This document shows, in pieces, positions 28,350-37,718 of a stretch of 64,000 nucleotides of DNA. The notes under the pieces are model-generated. The model saw nothing but the letters and a program-made list of their open reading frames with translations. It was not told where the DNA came from and searched no databases. The stretch's first letter is position 1, and the number at the start of each line of letters is the position of its first letter. This DNA is from Dehalococcoidia bacterium (GTDB taxonomy: Bacteria > Chloroflexota > Dehalococcoidia > GIF9 > AB-539-J10): contig PWUU01000096.1 in NCBI GenBank assembly GCA_003562475.1, forward strand, positions 25,853 through 89,852, given 5' to 3'. The position numbers were made by a program, and so were the translations under genes.

Positions 28350-28380
28350 GCACCAGGTCGCGAGCGCATTCTTCTGAAAC

Positions 28381-28427
28381 GCCCGGGGCGCCCGCCATCA
28401 CATGGCGCGTTCCCCGGCTTTTCGTGT
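28381..28427 (+). terminator. Candidate intrinsic terminator after the hemerythrin-like gene
   Basis: A GC-rich imperfect stem (GCCCGGGGCGCC ... GGCGCGTTCCCCGGC) followed by TTTTCGTGTG. Confidence 0.5.
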
Positions 28428-28630
28428 GAACGTTGAACGAACGCATGTTGACCCGGAGGTTCACATACAGTTTCTCCTGTCACCGGACCAACATCAGGTT
28501 CACAGTGGAGGCGGAAAAACTCGGTGAATCTGTTTATAATACTTCAACGCACGATGTGCTGACACTCTATCAGCGTCTGGCTTTTGCAGCAAGCGAGACC
28601 ACGCGCATGTTGCACCGAGGGGAGGGTACA

Positions 28631-29563
28631 ATGGACCTGCGTTCAATATTCAAAGCCACCGCAGCTCTCCTGTGCGGCCTCTTGCTTATCGGTTGCGCAG
28701 GAGGAGGAGAGGGCAAAGGACCTATCGTCGTTGGTTCCAAAATTGACACCGAGGGAGCCCTGCTCGCTCACACCATCATGCTGCTTCTCGAGGACAACGG
28801 GTTCGATGTTGTTGACAAGTCGCAATTCGGCCCCACGCAGATTGTGCGCAAGGCGATTACCTCGGGGGAGATAGACATCTATCCCGAGTACACCGGCAAC
28901 GGTGCCTTCTTCTTCGACGGGACCGATCCCGGAATCTGGAAAGATGCCGCGCAGGGCTATGAAACCGTCAGGCAACTCGACCTGCAACAGAACAATATCG
29001 TGTGGTTGACTCCGGCCCCTGCGAACAACACATGGGCAATCTCTGTTCTACAAAGCCTTGCCGTGGATGAAGGCCTCACTACGCTTGATGATCTCGCTGG
29101 GTATCTTGAGAAAGGAGGGTATTTCAAAATAGCCTGTTCCGAAGAGTTCGTCACCAGTCCGGCAGCGCTACCCGCCTTCCAGGATGCCTACGGATTCGAA
29201 TTGGACGAGAGCCAACTGCTGACCCTGGCAGGCGGCAACACCGCACAAACTCAGCAAGCTGCAGCACAGGGTATCGACGGGGTAAATGCTGCTATGGCTT
29301 ACGGTACAGACGGTTCCCTTGCAGCTCTCAACCTGGTGATACTCGAAGACCCAAGAGGCGCGCAACCAGTATACGAGCCAGCGCCAATCGTCCGCGGTGA
29401 GATATACGAAGCATATCCTGAAATAGCCGACATCCTCTCGCCAGCATTTGAATCGCTCAACCTCGAAACGCTGCAGATACTCAATGCCAGGATTGCGCTG
29501 GAAGGGGAGAGGGCCGCCGATGTGGCGCTGGATTACCTCACGACAAACGGATTCCTCACTTGA
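28631..29563 (+). CDS. Osmoprotectant (glycine betaine/choline-type) ABC transporter substrate-binding lipoprotein
   Basis: The start at ATG 28631 follows GGAGGG. The lipoprotein signal is LLCGLLLIGC. OpuBC-type pattern: VVGSKIDTEGALLAH, IDIYPEYTGN. Confidence 0.85.
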   Translation: MDLRSIFKATAALLCGLLLIGCAGGGEGKGPIVVGSKIDTEGALLAHTIMLLLEDNGFDVVDKSQFGPTQIVRKAITSGEIDIYPEYTGNGAFFFDGTDPGIWKDAAQGYETVRQLDLQQNNIVWLTPAPANNTWAISVLQSLAVDEGLTTLDDLAGYLEKGGYFKIACSEEFVTSPAALPAFQDAYGFELDESQLLTLAGGNTAQTQQAAAQGIDGVNAAMAYGTDGSLAALNLVILEDPRGAQPVYEPAPIVRGEIYEAYPEIADILSPAFESLNLETLQILNARIALEGERAADVALDYLTTNGFLT

Positions 29564-30776
29564 CTCCACTGGTCAAGTCGCCACGACGCAGCATCGCGCA
29601 CGGCTATCGCAGGGTAGCCATGTCGCGCTGCTCGGTTCACTGTTGGGCCTGATCTCACTTGCGCTACCGTGGCTTAGCATCCGTGAGAGTCGACTCGCGG
29701 CAGGCGAGGGCATCGGCCTTGTGAGTTCCGTCGGCATACCTCTTGCCTTCGCCATCGTGACACTGTGGATCGCCGCACTGATATTGAGCTTACGCCCCCT
29801 CACGACACGCCTGGCACACGCACTGGGCGTCATCGGCACATTGATGCTTCCCATCAGTCTGCTCGCAGCCGGCACCGGCGCGACGAAGGTCCTCGACACA
29901 GCCACTGCAATGACCCGCGCGTCGCTGGCCGGCGGCGTATGGGTAAGCCTCTTCGCAGCCTACGTACTGCTCCACACCGCTATGTCCGGACTGCCGGGAC
30001 ATTCTAAAGCTCGCAGGTATTTGTTCTTTGCAGGACCACTTGCCGTACTGGTGCTGGGTATATCCGGGACGTTCGATAGCCTATCACTCATGGTCGAGTT
30101 TGCCGGAAACGAGCAACGCTTCGTGCAGGAGACCGGTCGTCATCTTGCACTGTCACTCGGTAGCGTTACAATCGGTGCCTGCATCGCCATACCTCTCGGT
30201 ATCGCCGCTGCGCGGAATGCAAGAGCGAAGCGTCCAATCCTTCTCATCAGCAGCGCGATCGAGACAATCCCGAGTCTGGCGCTATTCGGACTGATCATTG
30301 CCCCCCTGTCAGCTCTCTCATTCGCTTACCCCGCCCTCCGCGAGATGGGTATCCGTGGTGTGGGAGCAACACCTGCGCTCATCGCGCTGGTCCTCTACTC
30401 GCTCCTGCCGATCATACACAACACGTATGCGGGACTGAAACAGGTAGACCCTGCCGCGCTTGACGCGGGAGAGGGTATGGGCATGAATCGCCGCCAGATC
30501 TCCTGGCGCATAGAATTCCCTCTCGCCTTGCCGCTCATTGGTGAAGGGGTTCGCACAGCCGCGGTCCAATCAGTAGGCAACGCCGCAGTCGCAGCGCTCA
30601 TCGGTGCCGGCGGTCTTGGCCATTTCATTTTCCAGGGTCTGGGACAGGCAGCGCCGGACCTCATTCTGCTGGGAGCGCTCACCGTGATAGCGCTCGCACT
30701 CGCCATTGATGCACTTGCTCGGAGTCTCATCCAAATACTCACGCCCACAGGGCTGCGCATAGAGAGAAATCAATGA
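29520..30776 (+). CDS. ABC transporter permease (OpuCB-like) with about 200-aa extra N-terminal membrane domain
   Basis: The C-terminal half is a BPD-type permease (IETIPSLALFGLIIAPL, EGMGMNRRQISWRIEFPLALP). The N-terminal half has about 5 additional hydrophobic helices. The start is uncertain: ATG 29520 follows GGAGAGGG, and TTG 29643 is the first start after the upstream stop. Confidence 0.8.
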   Translation: MWRWITSRQTDSSLDSTGQVATTQHRARLSQGSHVALLGSLLGLISLALPWLSIRESRLAAGEGIGLVSSVGIPLAFAIVTLWIAALILSLRPLTTRLAHALGVIGTLMLPISLLAAGTGATKVLDTATAMTRASLAGGVWVSLFAAYVLLHTAMSGLPGHSKARRYLFFAGPLAVLVLGISGTFDSLSLMVEFAGNEQRFVQETGRHLALSLGSVTIGACIAIPLGIAAARNARAKRPILLISSAIETIPSLALFGLIIAPLSALSFAYPALREMGIRGVGATPALIALVLYSLLPIIHNTYAGLKQVDPAALDAGEGMGMNRRQISWRIEFPLALPLIGEGVRTAAVQSVGNAAVAALIGAGGLGHFIFQGLGQAAPDLILLGALTVIALALAIDALARSLIQILTPTGLRIERNQ

Positions 30777-31855
30777 TCCAGCTGGAAGCAGTGACGAAGC
30801 GCTACGGCGACACACTGGCAGTAGACGAACTCTCGCTCGAGGTAAGATCCGGCGAGGTCTGCGTACTGGTTGGCCCCTCAGGATGCGGCAAGACCACCAC
30901 ACTGCGAATGATAAACAGACTCGTGGAGCCAACTGCAGGCCGCATCCTCGTTAACGGAAGAGATACGAGCGAGAGCCGCCCGGAACTGTTGCGTCGAAGT
31001 ATCGGCTACGCAATTCAGAGCGTGGGACTCTTTTCGCACCTGACAGTGGAACAGAATATAGGGATCGTGCCAACCATACTGGGATGGGAGAAGAGCCGTA
31101 TCGCACACAGAGTTAGTGACCTGTTGCTGCTGGTAGGACTGGATCCGACAGGCTATGCTGCCAAGTATCCTTCGCAACTCTCCGGTGGAGAAGCTCAGCG
31201 CGTCGGTGTTGCACGAGCGCTTGCCGCAGATCCCCCAATACTGCTGATGGACGAACCGTTCGGCGCTGTCGATCCCCTCACCCGAGAGAGGCTCCAGCAA
31301 CAGTTTCTCGCAATCCAGAGAGAACTGAACAAGACAATCGTGCTGGTTACACACGATCTGGATGAAGCCATCCGTCTCGCGGGCAGAGTGGCCATCATGC
31401 GGAACGGACGACTCGTGCAATACGACACTCCAGAAGCTCTGCTTGCCAATCCAACAGATGGCTTTGTCAGGAGCTTCGTTGGTACGGACCGCGCTCTCAA
31501 GAGGATTTCCCGAATCCCCGTGGCCACACTCATGAAGCCTGCCTACAGTCTCCGTCGGGATGCAACCGGGTTGGTCGGACCGGTGTCTGAGTTACAGAAG
31601 TACGCATGGGTCACGGACGACGACGGACGGCTGGTCGGATGGACGGAGACCCGGGGGGGCAACGAAAGCCCTTCGATCTCTGAGATCGATCCGGACGAGC
31701 TGGAACGAATCACCTTGCCCGCGTATGCCAGTGCTCGCGAGGCACTCTCACGCATGCTGGGGCAGGGAGTCAGGTCGATTCCGGTCATAGACGAATCGCT
31801 GAAGCTTATTGGCGAAGTCACACTTCGGGACATCGAGGAGGTCACTGCTGAATAG
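30773..31855 (+). CDS. Osmoprotectant ABC transporter ATP-binding protein with C-terminal CBS pair
   Basis: GPSGCGKTTTLRMINRL, LSGGEAQRVGVARALA, LLMDEPFGAVD and a CBS-like tail. Its ATGA overlaps the upstream permease stop. Confidence 0.92.
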   Translation: MIQLEAVTKRYGDTLAVDELSLEVRSGEVCVLVGPSGCGKTTTLRMINRLVEPTAGRILVNGRDTSESRPELLRRSIGYAIQSVGLFSHLTVEQNIGIVPTILGWEKSRIAHRVSDLLLLVGLDPTGYAAKYPSQLSGGEAQRVGVARALAADPPILLMDEPFGAVDPLTRERLQQQFLAIQRELNKTIVLVTHDLDEAIRLAGRVAIMRNGRLVQYDTPEALLANPTDGFVRSFVGTDRALKRISRIPVATLMKPAYSLRRDATGLVGPVSELQKYAWVTDDDGRLVGWTETRGGNESPSISEIDPDELERITLPAYASAREALSRMLGQGVRSIPVIDESLKLIGEVTLRDIEEVTAE

Positions 31856-32612
31856 TAGTACCTTCTCACACAGCTTTACGCTTCGCTGGGTGTGGCTGGG
31901 TGGAGCAACCATCGCATTCGCCCTGCTCATCAGCCAGGACAGTTGGTGGCTCTGGTTCCTGGAGAAGCTTTTCCCTGCCGAATCCCAGCTACTGCACCCA
32001 CGAGCGAGCCTGCAGACTCTGGTAGTACAGCACCTCGCACTTATTGGAGCTTCGAGTTCACTGACAATCGGAATCGGCGTGCCACTCGGCATCTTTGTCA
32101 CACGCAGTTACGGCAAACCGTTCCTGGGAATGACAAGCGACATCACCACGTTCGGACAGACATTCCCACCGGTTGCCATACTGGCCCTGGCAGTTCCCCT
32201 AATGGGTTTCGGTTTCAAACCCACAGTTCTAGCCCTGTTTCTCTACGGCCTGCTGCCCGTCGTCCGAAACACTATCGCCGGACTTATGGCAGTGCCACAG
32301 GAGGCACGCGACGCAGCACAGGGGCTGGGCATGACGGCGACACAGAAGCTAATTCGTGTCGAGCTACCACTGGCTTCCCGGGTGATACTTGCAGGCATCC
32401 GAACATCCGTGGTCATCAACGTGGGCACCGCAATGGTTGGTGCAGTCATTGGCGCAGGGGGACTTGGCTCACCGATTATCGCCGGCCTCATACAGGACAA
32501 CCTTGCCTTCGTGACACAAGGAGCACTGCCGGCCGCGCTGCTCGCGTTGCTGCTGGATCAAGCACTCGCAGGCATTGAGACGCTCGTGCCAGGACAGCGC
32601 GCAGCTGTCTGA
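31809..32612 (+). CDS. ABC transporter permease (OpuCD-like)
   Basis: FGQTFPPVAILALAVPLMGFG, QGLGMTATQKLIRVELPLASRVILAGIRT. The start is uncertain: TTG 31809, or CTG 31848 just after GAGGAGG, or GTG about 31890. Confidence 0.85.
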   Translation: MAKSHFGTSRRSLLNSSTFSHSFTLRWVWLGGATIAFALLISQDSWWLWFLEKLFPAESQLLHPRASLQTLVVQHLALIGASSSLTIGIGVPLGIFVTRSYGKPFLGMTSDITTFGQTFPPVAILALAVPLMGFGFKPTVLALFLYGLLPVVRNTIAGLMAVPQEARDAAQGLGMTATQKLIRVELPLASRVILAGIRTSVVINVGTAMVGAVIGAGGLGSPIIAGLIQDNLAFVTQGALPAALLALLLDQALAGIETLVPGQRAAV

Positions 32613-34211
32613 TCAGAGCACAACTGCCTGGCCGTCACGCCTCGGGTCCGAAGCAACACAATATCCATCAGGCAGAGACAGTATGAACTGTCCACCTCCA
32701 AAGACAGCATCACCGTAGGCAGCTTCCCACACATGGTGCCCACGGTCCCTGAGCTCGTGTTGGACCCCATCGGAGAAACCGTGCTCCAACAGCACGTTCC
32801 CATCATTCGTCACGTGCCATCGGGGCGCGTCGCAGGCGGCCTGTGGGTTCTGTCCATGAGCGCACATACGGAGGAATATCTGCACGTGACCCTGTGGCTG
32901 CATCGGACCACCCATTACGCCAAAGCTGATGAGAGCACGCCCTTGAGAGGAGGCAAACGCCGGACAGAGTGTGTGGAAAGGACGCTTGCCCCCGGCCACG
33001 ACATTCGGGTGACTCGGGTCCAGACTGAAACCGGCTGCCCTCGAGTGGAGGCTTATCCCCGTTCCGGGTACAACGATACCCGAACCGAAGCCGAAGTAGT
33101 TCGACTGGATGAAAGACACCATCATGCCGGATGAATCCGCCGCCGTCAGGTACACGGTGTCGCCGCCCGACTGCTCCAGCCGAACCGGACCACATGCATC
33201 CGGCCACCTGTCCATGCGGTGACGGAGCTCTTCAAGACACTCGCCGGCCAACAGGGATGCGACACCATGTTCCATAGAGCCAGGATCGGCAACATGAGCG
33301 CGCACAGCGCCATTGGCAACGAACATGGCGCGTAACTGAAGGTCAAGGCTGTCCACAGCATCGGGATGCTCCTCCCAGATCCCGGTATTGCTCAATAGCG
33401 CAAGCGCGATGAGAGTCGCCACGCCTTGACTGTTCGGAGGCATCTCGTGGACCGTGTACTGACCGAAGTTTGTGGTCACGGGCTCCACCCACTCCGGCAC
33501 GTGGGCGGCAAGGTCGTCCTCCCGCAGAAGACCACCTGTACTGCGGGCGTAGGAAGCTATCAAGGCCGCGATCCGGCCACGGTAGAACGACTCTCCAAAC
33601 GTCTCGGCAATCTCGGAAAGCGTTTCCGCCTGTTCCTCACAGCAAAACACCTCGCCCGCCAGCGGTGCACGACCCCCAGGCAAAAAAGTCTCGGCGAACG
33701 ACGCGGAGTCGCGATACTTCGCAGCAGCACCCGCCCAGGTCCTGGCAACGAAAGGTGAAATCATGAAGCCCTCACGGGCGTACTCGATTGCGGGCTGAAA
33801 CAGGTCCGAGAAAGGGAGCACCCCAAACCGCCGCGACAGCGCAATCCATGAGGACACTGCGCCGGGCACGGTCACGCTCTGCCATCCGGTTGCAGGCATC
33901 TCCGTAAGTCCCCGGAACATATCCAGCGTCCATCCACGAGGGGAGCGTCCGGACGCATTCAGGCCGTGGAGACTCTCTCCGTCCCACACGAGGGCGAACG
34001 CATCGCCGCCGATGCCATTCATCGTTGGCTCGACCACCGTGAGCGTGATCGCCGTGGCGATTGCCGCATCAACTGCGTTGCCACCGCGGAGCAACATCTG
34101 CAGTCCGGCCTGTGCCGCAAGCGGCTGTGAGGTGGCAACAGCGTTGGCACCGAATACAGGTGTACGAAACGAAGGGTAAAGATGCCCCCACTCAAGCTCG
34201 TGCGATTTCAT
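32613..34211 (-). CDS. ggt: Gamma-glutamyltransferase
   Basis: FGANAVATSQPLAAQAG..MLLRGGNAVDAAIA, the autoprocessing site GGDTVYLTAAD, and GGPMQPQGHVQ. The start is set at the internal ATG 34211 (MKSHELEW..). Confidence 0.9.
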   Translation of the reverse strand: MKSHELEWGHLYPSFRTPVFGANAVATSQPLAAQAGLQMLLRGGNAVDAAIATAITLTVVEPTMNGIGGDAFALVWDGESLHGLNASGRSPRGWTLDMFRGLTEMPATGWQSVTVPGAVSSWIALSRRFGVLPFSDLFQPAIEYAREGFMISPFVARTWAGAAAKYRDSASFAETFLPGGRAPLAGEVFCCEEQAETLSEIAETFGESFYRGRIAALIASYARSTGGLLREDDLAAHVPEWVEPVTTNFGQYTVHEMPPNSQGVATLIALALLSNTGIWEEHPDAVDSLDLQLRAMFVANGAVRAHVADPGSMEHGVASLLAGECLEELRHRMDRWPDACGPVRLEQSGGDTVYLTAADSSGMMVSFIQSNYFGFGSGIVVPGTGISLHSRAAGFSLDPSHPNVVAGGKRPFHTLCPAFASSQGRALISFGVMGGPMQPQGHVQIFLRMCAHGQNPQAACDAPRWHVTNDGNVLLEHGFSDGVQHELRDRGHHVWEAAYGDAVFGGGQFILSLPDGYCVASDPRRDGQAVVL

Positions 34212-34496
34212 ATCTGGCTCCAAGCGCCGCGGGGTGCGGCATGCGAGTATACCAGACGCACTGGTCTCAGCAGTCCGGCCCTGGGGCACACCTGCAGTAC
34301 AGGCGACAGGACTCATAGCGCTTACCTGGAGTCCCTGCAACGAACGCCCCTCATGGTAACCATCAGTCAATCGTTCGTAGCCTCAAGAAACTGATGATCG
34401 TCCATGGGCGCCACGCCAAGCAACTCCTCAATTTTCACCAACATCGCGAGATAAGGCGGTGGACAATATCCGGCTCATTCTGTAACTTGTGAGGTC

Positions 34497-35207
34497 ATGA
34501 TGAGCGCTACTCCGGAACACGAAACCGCAATTCACGTATTCAGAAAGGTTGACTTCAAAATCACGACCGAAGACGTACTACGCGCTATGAAGATACGCAA
34601 GGTAGCGCCGTCGCTCGAGAGGACTACCGCCACTCTCGTGGAGCGCGCGATGGAGGTGGCGCGACCCAAAGCATTATGCCGCGTTTGCTATGTCGAAGAC
34701 CGCACAGAAGACAGCGTCACCATCGAAGACCAGGAATTCACGAGTCGCGTGCTCCGGCAGAACCTGGACGGAATTCAGCGGGTCTTTCCTTTTGTGGCCA
34801 CATGCGGCATTGAGCTTGAACAGCTCACAGTGGATCGAACTGACCTCATGACGGCGTATTGTCTGGACACCATTATGATGCTGGCGGTCCAGGCGGCACG
34901 GCGTCACGTGCAGCATTTCCTCCAGGACACGTACTCGGTTGGACAGCTTTCCCGGATGGCGCCGGGTTCGCTGCAAGACTGGCCTCTGCAGGAACAGGGC
35001 CTACTGTTCGATCTGCTTGGCGATGTTCAGCAACAGATCGGTGTGCAACTGACGGAACGATTTCTCATGATCCCGATCAAGTCAGTATCAGGGATATTCT
35101 TTCCCACAGAAATCCGATTTGAGAGCTGTCAGCTCTGTTCCCGTCCCAACTGTCCGGGAAGGCGAGCGCCGTATGATGCTGCCCTATCGGCCCGGTACGG
35201 CGTCTGA
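34497..35207 (+). CDS. Stand-alone methionine-synthase activation-domain-like protein
   Basis: SRMAPGSLQDWPLQEQGLLFDLLG...IGVQLTERFLMIPIKSVSGIFF resembles the MetH reactivation (AdoMet-binding) domain. The C-terminus carries CQLCSRPNCPGR. Confidence 0.55.
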   Translation: MMSATPEHETAIHVFRKVDFKITTEDVLRAMKIRKVAPSLERTTATLVERAMEVARPKALCRVCYVEDRTEDSVTIEDQEFTSRVLRQNLDGIQRVFPFVATCGIELEQLTVDRTDLMTAYCLDTIMMLAVQAARRHVQHFLQDTYSVGQLSRMAPGSLQDWPLQEQGLLFDLLGDVQQQIGVQLTERFLMIPIKSVSGIFFPTEIRFESCQLCSRPNCPGRRAPYDAALSARYGV

Positions 35208-35338
35208 CGCTCTACCTCCACTTGACGCCCCACGGATTCAATGCCAGCATAGTGGTTCTGATAGTCTACAGCCGCGCCACGTTCGAGGGTGCCGCGGTGG
35301 ATAGCACGTCGCCAGTGCCTGATCGCGGATGAAGCCTC

Positions 35339-37711
35339 ATGGATGAGAAGAGTCTTGAACTACTGGAGTTCCAGGCAGCCAAGAACCGGGTAGCTCGGTT
35401 CGCTTCGTTCGAGCTCAGCCGCCAGGCGCTGCTCGATCTCAAGCCGCTAACGAACCGAAGACGAGTGCAGCAGCGACTGGACGAGAGTGCAGAGGCCCGA
35501 AGGCTGCTGTCTCTCTCGCCCGGGTTCTCTACAGGTCACACGGACGACATTCGCCCCATTGTCAAACTGGCGGCACAGGGACTGGTGCTGCGGGCTGAGG
35601 ATCTGGTGGCCGTTGCCCGTACCCTTGAGTCTGTCGCAGCCACACGGCAGCAGATAGAAGAGGTGTGCGAGCAGGTGCCTCTACTCTGGTCGACTGCCGA
35701 GACTCTGAGCGACCTGCGGCCGCTTGCGCGCGACCTGACCACAGGAATCGGCCTCTCAGGTGAGATCCTGGACTCAGCCTCAGCCGAGCTCGGACGGATT
35801 CGCAGGCGCCTCATCTCGGCGCGCGACGAACTGGTGTCGCACCTCGAAAGCCTCCTGTCCTCCAGCGAGATGCACGAGCTCGTCACAGACCACGTGGTGA
35901 CACAGCGGGAGGGAAGGTACGTCATCCCTGTCAGGGTAGAGCACCGCCGTGCCATCCAGGGCATCGTACACGACGTGTCGAACAGCGGCGCCACCGTGTT
36001 CATCGAGCCGTGGAGCACAGTCGAGCACGGCAACACACTGCGAGAACTCGAGTTAGCGGAGAGGGACGAGATCCAGCGAATACTTGCAGATCGCAGTCAG
36101 GCGCTGGGCAGGCAGAAGGTACTGATTGACCGGGACGTGACCACTATCATCGAGATCGATATCGCGATCGCCAAGGCACGCTACGCCAAAGAAGAGCGGG
36201 CAATTGAACCCATCCTTCTGGACGAACGCAGCCGGAAAGGCCAGGGAACGAGACTCGATCTGCGACAGGCGCGTCACCCACTCCTCGGCCCGGGCGCCGT
36301 GCCGCTCTCGCTCAAGCTGGGTGACGGTTTCCGCGTACTCGTCGTGACCGGCCCGAACACCGGAGGCAAGACGGTCCTACTCAAGACCGTGGGTTTGCTC
36401 GCCGCGATGACACAGGCCGGATTACCGGTCCCCGTGGCCGAGGGCACGGTTCTTCCCGTGTTCGACCAGGTATTTGCCGATATCGGTGACGAGCAGAGCA
36501 TTGAGCAGACGCTCTCCACGTTCAGCTGGCACATAGGCAACATCGTCCGTATTGTCAGCAATGCCACGGACCGCAGCCTCGTCCTACTGGACGAGCCAGG
36601 CTCAGCGACTGATCCGGCTGAGGGATCTGCTTTGGCACGAGCACTGCTCCAGCATTTTCTGCAGTGCGGTGCGCTCACGCTGGCAGCCACCCACTACACC
36701 GACGTAAAGGTGTACGCACACGCCACTTCCGGCCTGCGGAATGCGTCACTCGAGTTCGATCCCGTTACAAGGCAACCTACCTACCGGCTGCAGATGGGTT
36801 TCCCAGGCGTGAGTAATGCGCTGGCAACCGCCGAGCGTCTCGGATTGCCCGAAGACCTGGTCGACACCGCACGCCGGATGATGCCCGAGGCCGAACGGGA
36901 ACTGTCGGATTTGCTGCACGACCTCGAAACAGAGCAACAGGCTGTAGAGGCGCTCAAGACGTCGCTTGCCGACGAGATAGCGGTCGTGGAGAACCTGCGA
37001 AACTCGCTCGAAGCCGAGCTTGCACGCCTCCAGCAGGAAGACCGGCAGGCCGCGCGGGAGGCCAGGGATACGGTTGCACGTGAGGCCGCGGCGCTCCACC
37101 GGCAGATGCGGGAAGTGGCGTCTGAACTGAAACGGACCCGAAACAAGGAGCAACTCGAGCGTGCCCGCGCAACGCTGGGAGTCGTACAGACAAAGCTGCG
37201 CTCCGAGGAGATGGAGGTGCCTGCACCACCGACCGAGGATCAGCCACCCGCGATTCCGGATGACGGCATACGCCCGGGTGACATCATCAGGATTCGAGGC
37301 ACCTCCACTGAGGCGGCGGTCGTATCAGTGTCGGAGAAGACGTTCCAGGTAGAAGTCGAGTGCGGTTCAGTGAGACTCTGGCTTGGGGTCGACAGCGTCG
37401 ACAAGATTGCTGGAACGACGAAACGAGACGAGGGAACTGTGTCGGTGAAGCTACGTAAGCTCGACCGCGAGGTATCCCCCGAGCTGGACCTCAGGGGCAA
37501 GAGAGCCGACGAAATCGAACCAGCCCTTGACTCCTACTTCAACGCGGCCGCAGTTGCGCATCTCCAAACCGTCCGCATCATCCATGGCTTTGGAACCGGA
37601 ACGGTACGAAACATCGTGCGCGAATACCTCACGACACACCGCCTGGTGAGGTCGTTCCGTCCGGGTGAGAAAGACGAGGGCGGCGATGGCGTCACCATCA
37701 TTGAACTGTAA
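35339..37711 (+). CDS. mutS2: Endonuclease MutS2 (MutS domain + coiled coil + Smr)
   Basis: VVTGPNTGGKTVLLKTVGL, LLDEPGSATDP and the C-terminal Smr domain LDLRGKRADE..VRIIHGFGTGTVR. Confidence 0.93.
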   Translation: MDEKSLELLEFQAAKNRVARFASFELSRQALLDLKPLTNRRRVQQRLDESAEARRLLSLSPGFSTGHTDDIRPIVKLAAQGLVLRAEDLVAVARTLESVAATRQQIEEVCEQVPLLWSTAETLSDLRPLARDLTTGIGLSGEILDSASAELGRIRRRLISARDELVSHLESLLSSSEMHELVTDHVVTQREGRYVIPVRVEHRRAIQGIVHDVSNSGATVFIEPWSTVEHGNTLRELELAERDEIQRILADRSQALGRQKVLIDRDVTTIIEIDIAIAKARYAKEERAIEPILLDERSRKGQGTRLDLRQARHPLLGPGAVPLSLKLGDGFRVLVVTGPNTGGKTVLLKTVGLLAAMTQAGLPVPVAEGTVLPVFDQVFADIGDEQSIEQTLSTFSWHIGNIVRIVSNATDRSLVLLDEPGSATDPAEGSALARALLQHFLQCGALTLAATHYTDVKVYAHATSGLRNASLEFDPVTRQPTYRLQMGFPGVSNALATAERLGLPEDLVDTARRMMPEAERELSDLLHDLETEQQAVEALKTSLADEIAVVENLRNSLEAELARLQQEDRQAAREARDTVAREAAALHRQMREVASELKRTRNKEQLERARATLGVVQTKLRSEEMEVPAPPTEDQPPAIPDDGIRPGDIIRIRGTSTEAAVVSVSEKTFQVEVECGSVRLWLGVDSVDKIAGTTKRDEGTVSVKLRKLDREVSPELDLRGKRADEIEPALDSYFNAAAVAHLQTVRIIHGFGTGTVRNIVREYLTTHRLVRSFRPGEKDEGGDGVTIIEL

Positions 37712-37718
37712 GACGACG

